Assembly: GCF_964194025.1 (NCBI RefSeq)
Contig: NC_134473.1
Location: forward strand, 63,674,001-63,738,000
Origin: Convolutriloba macropyga
Taxonomy: Eukaryota
DNA length: 64,000 bases
Direction: 5' to 3'
The notes under the pieces are model-generated. The model did no database searches and was not told where the DNA came from. It saw nothing but the letters and a program-made list of their open reading frames with translations. This document shows positions 51,085 to 63,480 of this stretch, in pieces; the first letter of the stretch is position 1; each line of letters begins with the position of its first letter. The position numbers were made by a program, and so were the translations under genes.

Positions 51085-51194
51085 AACTACTTCTAATTCA
51101 TATAGAACTGAAATATCAAAAATCAACTGGTTTAAGGGCTAAATGTAAATTAATCAATGCCCATAGTGAATAGTTTCAACATTGTTTGTTTAAT

Positions 51195-52115
51195 TCATTA
51201 AACATAGCTGGCAGATTGCCAGAAAATAGCCGCAATAGATTCGTAGATCGGCAGTCTAAAAAACAGTAAAAAAGACAGACCAAAAAAATTAGTCTTTTCA
51301 TTGAAGGCTGATCTGTTATATATTTTGATTAAAAATCTGTATAAGTTATTGCTGCCTCTATTAGCTGATCTCAAATAACCTTCACTTAGAGTGACACACA
51401 CGCATTTGACCTTATCTCTTTGAATTAAAGTAAATAAAAGTCAATTTCAAAGTGAGGAAGTCATTTTTGAGAGTGAGGTAAGTCAAGTATGACCAAAAAT
51501 TTAATCATGCGCATGAACAAAAAACTCGCTCCACTAAGAGCGAAAAATGACGTCACACATGAAATTCAGTTGAAATTGCATGAACGAATGAACAAAAAGT
51601 GGCTTTGACGTCATATGGTCGTAACAAAAATCATGACGAAATAAAAAAAACATAGCAGGGCAAGTCCTGACGTACAATTCAAAGAATTTTCATTGACTAA
51701 ACAGAAAACTAGACCTAGAACGGAATATGAATGGATTGGGAAAACCATTTAGAAAAAAATCCGATCCAAAAAATCGAAAAAACAGTTAAAATCAGAGTGA
51801 AATTGCCGCATGTGAACAAAAAACCACTACCGAGAAACCGAAATTTTGTTCAAACACCGTTTTCTCACTCCACTTTAAAATTATAGCGAAAAAAATTCAC
51901 GCCACAAAACCACTCGCTTTTTCGCTCCATTTCCTGTTTCGGCGTGACCAAAATCACTAGTCCAATTTGACTTCAAAAATCATGAAAATGTGTGAACAGA
52001 TCCTAAGAAAAGACAGCGCCCCAATACAATTCAAATTCTTTGAATTGTAAAAACCAAGAGAAGGCCAATAATAGCCCCAGCTATCGCTGTGCGGCTATTA
52101 AAAAAAATACTAGCC
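51195..52115. repeat. Family C modular repeat, copy 2, directly upstream of METTL14
   Basis: Blocks homologous to 58170-59715; TGACGTCA at 51548 and 51606. Confidence 0.8.
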
Positions 52116-52463
52116 ATTTTTAAAGAGCTTGCCAATTCAAGTAATCTGGCATTGAAAACTTTTCCTTTTCTATGTTCTCTAGGACTGACTTTACTTAGGA
52201 TGAAATTAGAAATGAAGGCGTAGAGTAAAATTTTTACTGTCATAAAAAAATTTTTCTGACCTAATATTTCAGAAAAGCTGATTTTGAGTAAACCAGTTTT
52301 CAATTAGTTAAAAAGATGTTACACTTTTCTGGTTTTTTATAGATTAATTTTTTGCTGCGACATATCAGAATGGTCAACCAGCCAAATAGTGTTCTCCCAC
52401 AGTACTAAAAATAGTGATGATGACAATACGCCACATAACAGCTGAAGTGCGGCATCAACAAAA

Positions 52464-52464
<1 letters not shown>

Positions 52465-52496
<32 letters not shown>

Positions 52497-52535
52497 AAGA
52501 GATGGAATGAGAGTGAGAGAGAGTGAAAGAGATAG
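52465..52535. repeat. (GATA)n(GA)n microsatellite
   Basis: Seen directly. Confidence 0.9.
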
Positions 52536-53069
52536 AACGTGAACGAGAAAGGAGAAACCCTAACCGACAGAAAGAAAAAGATAGCAACATTTTCCATGGT
52601 GGGATTCGACTCTGTTTTCTAGCCTTGTCAGTAAATAAATCATAGAAAAAAGCTGAGAAAGGCAAAATTACAAACAAGTTTTCAATTTCACAGTAAAAAA
52701 AGTTCAAAGCCATGTTTTGTCTCAAAAGTTCTGTCAAGTAACCCATGTCCAAGACATAAAAAGATTCGTTGGTCAGTAAGGGTAGTTAAGCTCAAAAAAC
52801 TATAAAAAATATTTAAAAATTTTGGAAACAATTCCAAATTTTAACAAATTTTGCTTAAATTCAAGACATTAATATTCTAACTATTCATTGTCTCAAGAGA
52901 CTATCCAGTATACCTGTTTCAAACATAAAAAAGTTTCACTGGCTCACAAAGATCCATACACTTGGAACATGAAAAATTTCCCAAAAATTTGAGAAAAAAC
53001 TTAAATTTGATCCAAAAATTACTGAGATCGGAGTAATAAAAAACATTGATCATCATTCTATTAACTCTA

Positions 53070-53920
53070 GAAACTATGCGGCAGCTTATCATCAAACCTT
53101 GGAGGAGGTCCCAGGCCCCGTGGTGCCGGAAAAAATTCGAAGACATGAATAAATTGCAAATATTGTAAAACATTACTTGAAATCGTGATATTAAAATCTT
53201 TTATAAAAGAGTTTGAAAAAAGTTTTAAAAAATTGCTTGAATTCGTGATATTAAAATCTTTTACAAAAGAGTTTTATAATAAGGTTTATAAAAATTGCTG
53301 AAACTTGTGATATTAAAAAAAATGAAAAATAATCCATGACCAGCAAAAATTTTCCAGTAACTTATTATCAAGCCCTAACGGAGGTTTCCTGACCCTTGAG
53401 GCTCAAAAAAGCATGAATAATGACTATAAACTTTTTAAAAAAATGAGAGAAATTGCCCAAAAAACGCTAGAAGTCGTTATGTTAAAATCTTGCAAGACAT
53501 TCTATTAGATCTAGAAATTATACAGTAACCTATTTTCAAACCCTAGAGGAGGCTCCTTGCTTCTTGAGGCTGAACAATCTAAAAAACTAAAAATTTTCAA
53601 AAAACTTAAAAAATTGCTAAAATTTGTGACATTATAAAGTTGAAAAACTATCCCATGGCCAATAAAAATTTGTCAGCAACTTATTATCAAACGCCTTTGG
53701 AGGTTTTCTGGCCCCTGGGTCTGGAAAAACCTGAATAAGGAAAAATAAATGTCAAAAAATTGAAAACGCACGTTTTGTCAAAAAAAGATAAAATTCGTAA
53801 TGTTTAAATGTTGAAACCATTCTATTACCACAAGAAATTATGCAGTAACCTTTCATTAAAACCTAGAGGAGTTTCATTGACACCTAGCTCTAATAAAAAT
53901 CAAAAAAAGTCAGATGTTGA
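53070..53920. repeat. Degenerate tandem array, units of about 160 bp
   Basis: CTTATTATCAAA...GGAGG...GTGATATTAAAA motifs recur near 53085, 53360, 53530, 53680 and 53850. Confidence 0.6.
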
Positions 53921-53964
53921 AAAAGCTTGAAAAAAATTGTGCAAAAGTATAAATTTGCGTGTTT

Positions 53965-54302
53965 TTAGCGAGCGGTTGTTCGTCAGTAGCTAGAAACGGT
54001 AGGGGGCGGGGGGTACACCGACGGCTGATGGGGGTGGGACAACAGCGGGGTGGAGGGTAAACAGCGCGCGGGGATGGGGCAATAGTGGGGGGATTAACGG
54101 TGGAGCGGTTTTCAACCTCTAATAACCGCCCTTCACACCATAACTATAAGTCTCAGTAAACAGTTTCTGAAAAGTAAACAGTTTCAGCTGAAACAGAGCT
54201 GAAAGTCAAATGGGTCAGACGAAAAATCGGTCAAGCGAAAAATTGCATAAAAAACTGACAGGACTAATATAATTGCTACAAACTTCGTTTGAGAGCAATT
54301 AA
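53965..54302 (-). mobile_element. Family A element with an intact subterminal-repeat stem-loop end
   Basis: AATTGCTACAAAC-TTC-GTTTGAGAGCAATT at 54271-54300; left part GCGAGCGGTTG..CGTCAGTAGCTAG matches the copies at 5140 and 11745. Confidence 0.7.
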
Positions 54303-54319
54303 TCAAGGCATCAATGATT

Positions 54320-54321
<2 letters not shown>

Positions 54322-54381
<60 letters not shown>

Positions 54382-55693
54382 AAGGCTTTAGGATTTAAAC
54401 ATTAATAAATCCAACGGTTTGTTAGACCCACATGAGTTCAGTCCAAAGGTAGTTTTAGTTTAGTCTAGTTTTTTCCAGTTATTGCAGTGGTCACATTTGC
54501 AAACAATTCGCCAAGTTCATTTGTCCCTCTTGTCATATTTTCTCAGAAAGTAGTCCCAGTAGATTTTGGAGATGGTGTCTTTATTGAGATATTTTCCGTA
54601 GCTGGTGTACACTCTGATAATAATATTGTATAATAATTTTGTACGATGGAAGAAGTTTTCATCGGTTTTGTAGAGTCGATTCGTTCCGATCGTCAGTTCC
54701 CCTCTTGTATGCTGTCGAGTTTTATCTTCGGTGACTCTAGGTAGATCAACAACAACGTCGTATTCGTTTCTATCCAATGATATCAGAAGCAGGAGATTGT
54801 GCATTTCGACATATAAGCTGAGAGGCAGCAGCTTTAGCTGTAGAAGTCGATCTTTGTATTCAAAACTTGCATTCAGTATCCACTTGGTAGCAATTTCCTG
54901 CACCCTTTCAAACTTCGCAAGATTCGACTTGTTCGGCTGCCATGCTTGAGAGCAGTAGGTCAGGACTGGCACAACGTAACCAACGTAAGAATTTAGCTTA
55001 CTGTTTCGCGTGCTGTTTGTAGACAGGTTTCGTTTCAGTTGGAACAGTGCACTTAATCCCTTCTTCGTTCTCGTGGTACAGTTATCGTTCCACGTGAGAT
55101 TTGAGGTGATCCATAGTCCTAGGTCGCGTTGAAGATTCGTCGGTTCAATTTCAAGGTTGTCTATTGCTGCTGTGAAAGTGCCTTTTATGTTGAGGAGCTT
55201 GCATTTAGAGGTGTTCAGTTGCATTTTGTTTTCGGAGCACCAATTCTGTATAGTCATGGCACCAATCGTGTCGCTCAAGTAGGAGCTTATGAGTTGCAAC
55301 AACTTTCCGCCAATGTCAAAGGACTGGAGTTTCAGTATAAGCAAGTCATGCGGTACTTTATCGAAGGCCTTAGCAAAGTCGAGATACAGAATTGTCAGGT
55401 TGTCTACTGTGGGGTCATCGTACTTTTGGTAAATTGAATCAAGGTAGACCAACAATTGTACCACTGCTGACCTATTTTTTCGGAATCCATATTGGTTTTC
55501 GTGTAGGCGGTGTTGGCAAAACTTGTATAGTGTGTTGAAGATGAGACGCTCAAGGACTTTTGACACACAGCAGAGTAAACTCATTTATGAACAGCAGAAA
55601 GAGCAGTGGTCCGAGAATGGAGCCTTGTGGAACTCCACTGCTGACACTTACTGGAGTGGATGTTTCCGCATTTATTTTAACATATTGCTCCCT
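54322..55693 (-). mobile_element. 5'-truncated, internally rearranged LINE (CR1/L2/Jockey-like RT) with an (ACT)n tail
   Basis: SLLCCVSKVLERL, QYGFR, YLDFAKAFDKVPH, GVPQGSILGPLLF, RDLGLWI; short 3' UTR then about 20 ACT units (54322-54380); the (Y/F)ADD segment is missing. Confidence 0.92.
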
Positions 55694-55919
55694 AACGCAC
55701 AGAAACAAAAGAAAATTGGCAATAGTTGGCAGCATACCAACACACTAGGAAACGCCACAGACACTAAGGATATAAAGATTCTTCAGTAAACAATAAATTC
55801 CATTTTCATAAAAAAAAACTGAGCGAACCCTTTCTCTTCATCACAGAGGACTGAAACAAATTATCAAATATCAAACCCACAGAACAATATCGACATTATG
55901 CGACAAATAGATGATAAAA

Positions 55920-56268
55920 TTAAACGTTCGAACAAGACCCAACTGCAAAGTCATACAAATGCTCATTGAAGTCAAACTGTATTTGCTTCGCACACTTGGC
56001 TACAAATTCATACTTGGCAATGCACATGTATTTTGGCTGATCCAGCATTTCAGCGCCATGACGCACCAGATAATTTTTTGAGACCAAAGAAGATATCTGT
56101 GCAAATAAATTAGCAAGCACGCATCTTTCGGGCTCTTCGTGAATTGCGTAGAAAATTGCAAGAAGTCGTTCAAGGACAAATGCCTTTGGTCCCATAACGT
56201 GGTTCAGTTTGTTCACATTGACCTTGGCATTTGTCGGCTTCTTACTCATTCGTTGTTTCACGAAGAAC
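55920..56268 (-). CDS. ORC5: Origin recognition complex subunit 5, last exon
   Basis: TTTAG acceptor; FFVK...NHVMGPKAFVLERLLAIF...NLFAQISSLV...LDQPKYMC...HLYDF matches the ORC5 C-terminal domain; TAA at 55922-55920. Confidence 0.93.
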
Positions 56269-58169
56269 CTAAACAAAGAGATTAGGGACCATTTTGACTT
56301 TCTGTATAATTCATGATAGTCCGCAGAATAACTGCTATACGTTTTTAGCTGTACAGTTTTTTGTAGCGTCTGAAAGCATGCCACAGTGATCACATAATCT
56401 CCCTCCAAAAATTCTTTTAAAAAGCTATTGTCACATTAAAAAGAACTCATTCCCAATGAAACTTTAAAGCTGACATATTGATTCATTTTAAATCAATTAC
56501 TTCTGTTCGAAAACAGATAATTCGACGACCGACTAATGAAATTTTCTCCAGCTATAAAAATCCCGAAAATAATAAATCCGCCTCTTTGAGTCGTAAAAAA
56601 CAACCGTCCACTAATGCTTCTCTCTCAGTTCTGAATGGCAAAACATAGCCCAGGGAAATCCCGAAATGAACCAAAAGGTGGTCGTCATCAACAAACACCT
56701 TCTCGAGCCTTACTGCGTCACGGTGCCTCTCTTAGAAGTTACCAAAGATTAGCACGTTCTCATCGCCACATGTGGAGGAAGCTAAGGAACATTAAAGGAG
56801 ACATTAACCAATCAGAATTGAGGACGGACGTGATATTTGGTTCGGTTGTAATAGATTCATATCAAGTCTCCTAGGCCACTGAGGCATGGCCAAATGGGTT
56901 AATCGAGTTACATAATTGTGCGTCCCACTTATGTTTGCATACAGCAATTATCTCAGGTAATTCTGCTATTAAGCGAAATTTTTGACTTTTTAAAACCAAA
57001 CGTTCAATTTGGATTCAATCGGGATTCAATTTTTAGAAAAACAATTTCACAAAAGTTCAGTAGCGTGTGAAAGCATACCCCTGTGATCCAATAAATTTTA
57101 TCGTCTAACAAAATTTTAACCAATTATTGTGGCAGATAACATTAGCATTTTTTTCTCGGCAAATATCTCAAACAATATGCAGGGGAAGAATTAGTTCGGT
57201 GTAGGTAAAATGGGGTTAGTTGGTGAGTTGCTGCGTAAGAGTACGTGAACGTGGGTTGAAAATGTAATAAAAAAACCCAAAACGTTGCAAAAACAATTTA
57301 AAAGACCGACACAAGCAAACTCCTGATTAAAAAAAGCGTCTTTTGACAGCAACTAACAAAACAAAAGCTTCCACAGAGAGAATTTTTTCATTAGGTCCAT
57401 TGAATCTGCACAAAGTATCACACTAAAAATTACTACTCATGTCAACAAGCAGTAGAAACAAAATCACTGCCGTTTCTTTTGTCCGCCAAAATTGTTCAAA
57501 AAACACATCAATTTTTCCTAGCCTGAAAAATTTCTTTCAAACTTTGCAACAAATGAATTAAAATTCGGAAAACGAGTCAATCGTTCCTGCAAAAAATTCT
57601 ACAACCGATAATCCTCTTAACATCTCAAATAAAAACATAGTCGGCCAATCTCCAGACAATAGCTGCGATAACGTCCTACGCCGTCATTCCCACAACAAAC
57701 CGAAAACATACCGGGCAGATTGCCGGAAAAAAGCCACTATTGATTCCCATAACCAAGATAAGGATTGAAAGAAGAGAAAAAACTAATCAAAAAATGATTA
57801 TTGTACAAACAATTTTAAGTGCGAACTAGTTTGATGTCATTTTGGAGCTGAACATACTTCGGTTTCATAAGAGAACGACATAGGAGCTAGAATCAAAACC
57901 AATAAGCATTAGGGATGGTAACTAAGAACAAAGTTTGAGTAACGGGCATCAAAAATTGGGCTTTATGGGTTTATCCCGTTTCTATTTCTGACTTCAATTT
58001 TTACACTGACTCTGTTCATTTTGAATTGCTTTGCTGAGCAATTGATGCTCAAAATCACTTTTAGCAGAATGAGAGAAGAGGGAAACTAGCCTAGAGAAGT
58101 AAAAAAGATTTCACGCAAAATGTTGAAAAAGCGGCAAAATGAGGTAAAGCGAAACATTTTTTTGTTCGA

Positions 58170-59715
58170 CGAAGTAAAAAAAACATAGCAGGACAAGTCC
58201 TGACGTACAATTCAAAGAAAATTCATTGACTAATCAGAAAACTAGACCTTAAACGGACTATTACTGAATTGTGAAAACCATCTCTAAAAAAAACAGACCG
58301 AAAACATAGCTGGAGATTGCCAGAAAGAGCCGCAATAGCTTCGTAGATCTGCAATCCCAAAAAGATAGTAAAAGACGAAAACTTTTTCATTAAATGCTGA
58401 GGGGTTATGTTTGATTATAAAACTGTATAACTCGTTGCTGCTTCTTATAGCTGCTCTTAAGTAACCTTCAATTAGATTGACATACATTCGCCTGACCTTA
58501 TTAAAGTAAACAAAAATCAATTCCAAAGAGAGGAAGTCATTTTTGAAGGAAAAGTTACGTGTGACTAAAACTGTAATCACGCTAATGAACAAAAAATTCA
58601 CTCCAATAAGAGTCAAAAACGACGTCACGCACGCAATTCAGTTGAAATTGCACGAACGAATAAACAAAAAGCAGATTTGTCGTGACGTCATACGGTGTTC
58701 GTAACATAAATCTTGACGAAATAAACATAGCCGGGAAAAAAATCCGGAAGCGATTCGAAGCCCCGGAACTTCACAGACAAATCCGTAATTGCCGCTGAAA
58801 CGATTACCATGTGTCTTAAATTTTTAAATCTTCGAGTCATCAGACTTGAGTGGAAAAAAGGTAACTAACTTGCTGCTTCTATTAGCTGCTCTTAAATAAC
58901 CTTCAATTAGAGTGACATACACTCACTTGACCTTATCTCTTTTAATTAGATTTAAAACAGTCATTTTCAGAGAGAGGAAGTCATTTTTGAGAGTAAGGCA
59001 AGTCACTTGTGACCAAAAATTTGATCATGCAAATGAACAAAAAAACTCGCTCCACTAAGAATGAAAAATTACGTCACGCACGCAATTCAGTTGAAATTGC
59101 ATGAACGAATGAAAAAGCAAATTTGAAGTGATTGTGACCTCATATGATCGTGAAAAAAATCTTGACAAAATAAAAAAAACAAGAGAAGGTCAATAATAGT
59201 TAAAAAACAAGAGAAGGCTATCGCTGTGCAGCTATAAAAAATTTAAAAAAACAGAAAATCAATGTCAAAATGCCGCGTGTTTACAAAAATCCACTAGCGA
59301 GAAATGGAAATTTGGTTCAAACAAAAAACTAGGCCTAGACTGAACTATAAATGGATTAGAAAAACATTTAGAAAAAAATACTATCCAAAAAATCGAACAA
59401 ACAGTAAAAATCAGAGTGAAATTGCCGCATGTGAACAAAACCTCACTAGCGAGAAAGCGAACTCTTGTTCAAACATCGTTTTCTCACTCTACTTCAAATT
59501 AGACCGAAAAAATTTTACGCCGCAAAACACGCTTTTTCGCTCCACTTCCTGTATCGGCGTGACCAAAATCACTTCTCCAATTTGACTTCAAAAATCATAA
59601 AAATGAGTGAAGAGGTCTTAAAAAAAGAGAGCGCCCCAATACAATCCAAATTCTTCGAATTAAAATTTAAAAAATAGGAGCGCTATAATATCCGGCTGAG
59701 AAGCTGACGCGGCTA
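58170..59715. repeat. Family C modular repeat, copy 3 (permuted, partly duplicated) in the ORC5 intron
   Basis: Same blocks as 51195-52115 in a different order; the ACGTCACGCACGCAATTCAGTTGAAATTGCA block occurs twice (about 58622 and 59071). Confidence 0.8.
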
Positions 59716-60178
59716 TTATTTTTCTACAAATTGTAGTGGATCCAAAACAGGTAATTCAAAGATCGACTAATAAACTTTCTCCAGCTAAAAAAAATCGAGA
59801 AAATAAAGACGCCTCTTTGAGTCGTAAAGACCAACTCTTTGAGTCGTATAAACCAACCTTTCTAGTCGTAAAAAAAGTCACAATACCAGATTTTGACTTG
59901 CACGAACATTCGGCAATTTCAAACTTGTAAATTTGTTTCGAGCAAGGTTAGATCTCTGCAGAAGCACTTCCAACTTCTGGGCTGCAATTCTCGAGGCGCT
60001 ACGCGGTGCTAAACAAACGTCAGACATTATCGGTGACTTAAAGCAGAGTCACCTAGCATATACTTTAAGGTACTGATATAGATTTTATATATTGATATAG
60101 TTAGCGAAAAATGTCAAAGGGACTTGAAAAAGTTTCCTGTTTTGACCTTCTACATTAAGACTGTTTTGGCAATGTTAC

Positions 60179-60719
60179 CTTGTGTCACTGGTAGGCGGAT
60201 TGTAGCTGGCCAAGTAAGCAGCCACAATGATGAAATTACTGTCGTATGGAAGAGTGTCCTCTGCCACTCGGTCACGCGGGTACGGATCCAGACAAGCCAA
60301 TGTGGATCCTCCAGTTGAATCAGAACCGGCTTTCGTTATCACAACCGGTTCAAAAAGAGTCCAAAGTCGTCTTAGGTCCCGAATTCCGCATAAACCGTCA
60401 TTGAGTGGTCGGAGAAACGTACTCAAATGCTTATGAATCAACTTTCGCATCAGGAAAAGATCAGGATTGTACAAATATACGAGCCCAACCATTGATTTAA
60501 TGTAAAAGCTTAACACAGTGCTGTCAACATCGTTGTGGATAAGGTCTCTCGATATTATTTCCACACATTCGTCCTGTGTGTACATGTCTAAATGAATATG
60601 AACGGGAAGCGTCTGGGAGGGTTGAAGGAAATAGTCGGGCTGACATCGACTCACAATAACGATTGATACCTTCTGATTAGTTAGCTCCGGTAGTGAGAGA
60701 AGCTGTGACGACTTTTCAT
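60179..60719 (-). CDS. ORC5: ORC5, penultimate exon; earlier exons not found in the window
   Basis: TTGCAG acceptor at 60721-60720; LLSLPELTNQKVSIVIVS...LPYDSNFIIVAAYLASYNP..D.R; AG|GTAACA donor; the split Arg codon AG+G joins in frame to the last exon. Confidence 0.92.
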
Positions 60720-61799
60720 CTGCAATTTATTAAGGTTTCTCTCATGTTCAATAAGCAAATTGTTCCACGATCACTTGTTCAGAGTAAGTTTACTCAAAAT
60801 ACACAAGTATAAAAAATTGCGTCCTTTTTCTAGCGATCGTTCTATGCGTATGCGGACCATTTATGGCAAAAAGGACAACCTAGTGGCAAAAACATTGATT
60901 ATTTTAGTGTCGGGACAATTTACCCAATGCCATCATACCCAACTTGCGATTTTACCACATGCAATTTTACTCAATGCCAAAATACCCTAAATACCCTAAG
61001 TATCCATCCCATAACTAATAAAATCTGAATATTTAGATACCCGTCAACAATAAAAAAATATTAAGAAATCACTTGGTTTAAACAGACGCAAAATTACCAA
61101 AATGTATTAATTGAACAGCATTTGATCAAAATAAATTTGAGGCATCATTTTGAGCAACATTTTGACAAAAAACTTAACCCATAAAATTAGTGATTTTAAT
61201 TGCGGTACGTCAAGAAAAATAGATTGACTTTGATCATTGACGGCAATGATTTCCACAAGGAATTAGAAACGAAAACAACGCATTGGAACTGTTCAAAATG
61301 GAACTCACACACATTCAAATTGACTGCCATTATTGCAAACGAACAATTATCAACCACGAAAAAAAAAGAACATAACCATGAAATTATTCGAGAGCATGGT
61401 AATACATCGAATAAAAATTAATTTCACAAAAAACAAATTACAAACGAAAAATGGCTAAAAACGGTTATCTATATGCGCCATTCTGTCAAAAAAACTTTTC
61501 AAAGTGAAACTCATTCACTTAACGCAGCGCATATCAAACTCCGGCTCAGAAAAAAATAGTTTACACGGCAACTTTACTAACTTTCTCTTTTAGGTCACAA
61601 CGCCATCTGAACGAACAGTACTTTCGGTAACAAGAAACCTCAAGAAAACCAATACTCCTCTTCGGGTCGTAAAAAAACCAAGAGAAGGTCAATAATAGCC
61701 CCAGCAATCACTGTGCGGCTATTAACAAGAACATAGTACTATGATGGTTTACGTCGATGTACTGTATGACCATGCTACTGTAAAAATCTATAGTATTTA

Positions 61800-63480
61800 C
61801 CTATATAGTAATGTCTTCAGGTTCTCTACTAGTCATTCGTTCCTCCAAAATTCAACGTCAAAACAGCGTTACTTTTGTCAATTGCAAGTTGAATATTTGG
61901 GCAATAATTTGTGCTTTCACAAAATCGACAAAGAAATTTGTGTCACTGAAATTTAATTCTGTCCGGAGACTGTTGATAAGAATGCAAAACAGGAGGTCCA
62001 AGTCATGCACAAATTTCCTTTAATGCACAAATTTCCTTTGAACCAGACATTTCGTTTTAGCAACGTTTGATATTATGACATTTTGTAAGTTCTACAGAGC
62101 TTATATGCTCAAGTCCTTTTCGAAGTTTAAGGATTTGAATACTAGTATCAAATCATCCGCAACAACCCATGGAATTGCATCGACAAAAACAGTGTAGATC
62201 ATTAAAAATGGCGAATATTAAGGGGCGAATACAGAACCCTGGGGTAAGCCACGTTGAACCGGTAAAAAATGCAGATAAGTGACTTAAAGGTAACCAGTTG
62301 GTGACAGTTGCCTAGGTAAGAATTAAAAATGTCAAAATGGTAAAGCAACCTGACAGGATTTTACGTAACCAAAGTTGATGCAGTAGAGAATCTTTGCTTT
62401 GGCTACATTATTGAAAAGAATTTCAAATAATGCAACAAACTGAACAATTGCTCTTTTATGTGACTGAAAGCCAAACTTATTGGAATGAAATTTGTTTCTA
62501 ATCTTGGGGTAAACAATGTTGAAGATAATTCACTCAAAAATAAGTCTTCTTAGTGTCCACAATCTAAATGAAGTTGATTTCCTGGGCCAGCTGCAATTGC
62601 TTTTTCATTTGCTCACCAGAGGTCGAATGTTGTCACTGCTGTTCTCAGCGGGAACTGGGTCAGGTGTGTTATGCTTTCAGGGGTCCACATTCGCACAGGG
62701 GCTATCCACTTCTCCCCATTTGTGCAGGGTCTCTCGGCATCTCCCTGCTTCTGCTTTGAGCCTGTTCAGTCTTTTCCATGAGAGCTGCCCTCCTGGTGGT
62801 ATGCTTTCCTCTAACGGTGTTAGGTTTTCTCTTCTCAGTCCGTTCAAGAGGTTCCATTTTTTGTTCTGAAGTTATGGCTATTTTCACATGCTCGAGCTCT
62901 GCTTAGGAAGCTCTGTCGGGATTCTTAGCCGCCTCGGTGTCTGTTTATGGCCGTACATCGGGTGTCTTTTGTCGGTCTCCTAATTCCATTTTTTCTTCGA
63001 GTAGCTGCTTCCCTCCTTATCTCCGGTGGGCTTATTCCGGCCAGTGCGAGGAGTTCGCTCATCTTCGTGATCTTAGTGCAACCTGTGATCCTCCGGCAAG
63101 TTTCATTCAGGACTGTATTCACTTTGTTACAGTGACTGGAGCGCGACCAGACAGGGAACGTGTATTTAGCTGCAGAATAGCAGAGCTGAACAATAGGGGT
63201 CTCCACGTGGCGACCCGGGCTCTGGAAAGATTGTTCCGATTTGTGTACCAATCTCTACACCATCACAATGAAATGAAGTAAAAAAATTAAAACTATAGGA
63301 AGAAGTCTAATTGGTTTAGATCTACCTTTGTGAAGAGGTCTCATCAGCTGTTTTCCACAAATTGGGAAACACTTCAAATAAATGTGTTAATCAGAAAGTT
63401 GCTAAAGAAATTGGACCAGTTTTAGGATTTTGACTGGTAAAGAATCATTTGCGTCGTAGGCTTTTCATTTTAGTAGTGAA
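61800..63480 (-). mobile_element. Old LINE RT remnant interrupted at about 62545-63255 by a younger LINE 3' fragment
   Basis: Outer remnant: PIRLLP, IIFNIVYPKIR..KFGFQ, GLPQGSVFAP, FVD. Inner fragment: CYSAAKYTFPVWSRS..LNETCRRITGC..LAGISPPEIRR and WKRLNRLK..GRCRETLHKWG. Confidence 0.75.

Noticed and set aside
49994-51096. Antisense and alternative-frame ORFs over METTL14 (similar ones overlie pol, RPL35 and ORC5)
   Set aside because: Shadow ORFs of real coding sequence with no independent evidence.
51085-51126. N-terminal 14 residues of the 571-aa track ORF
   Set aside because: Starts at TTG and overlaps acceptor-like sequence; the first ATG is at 51084.
54517-55584. 355-aa ORF as a functional or domesticated reverse transcriptase
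   Set aside because: The catalytic (Y/F)ADD segment is deleted, the ATG is created by a rearrangement junction, and the element keeps a LINE tail.
56269-56408. N-terminal part of the 162-aa ORF
   Set aside because: Intron read-through; ORC5 similarity begins at the acceptor at 56269.
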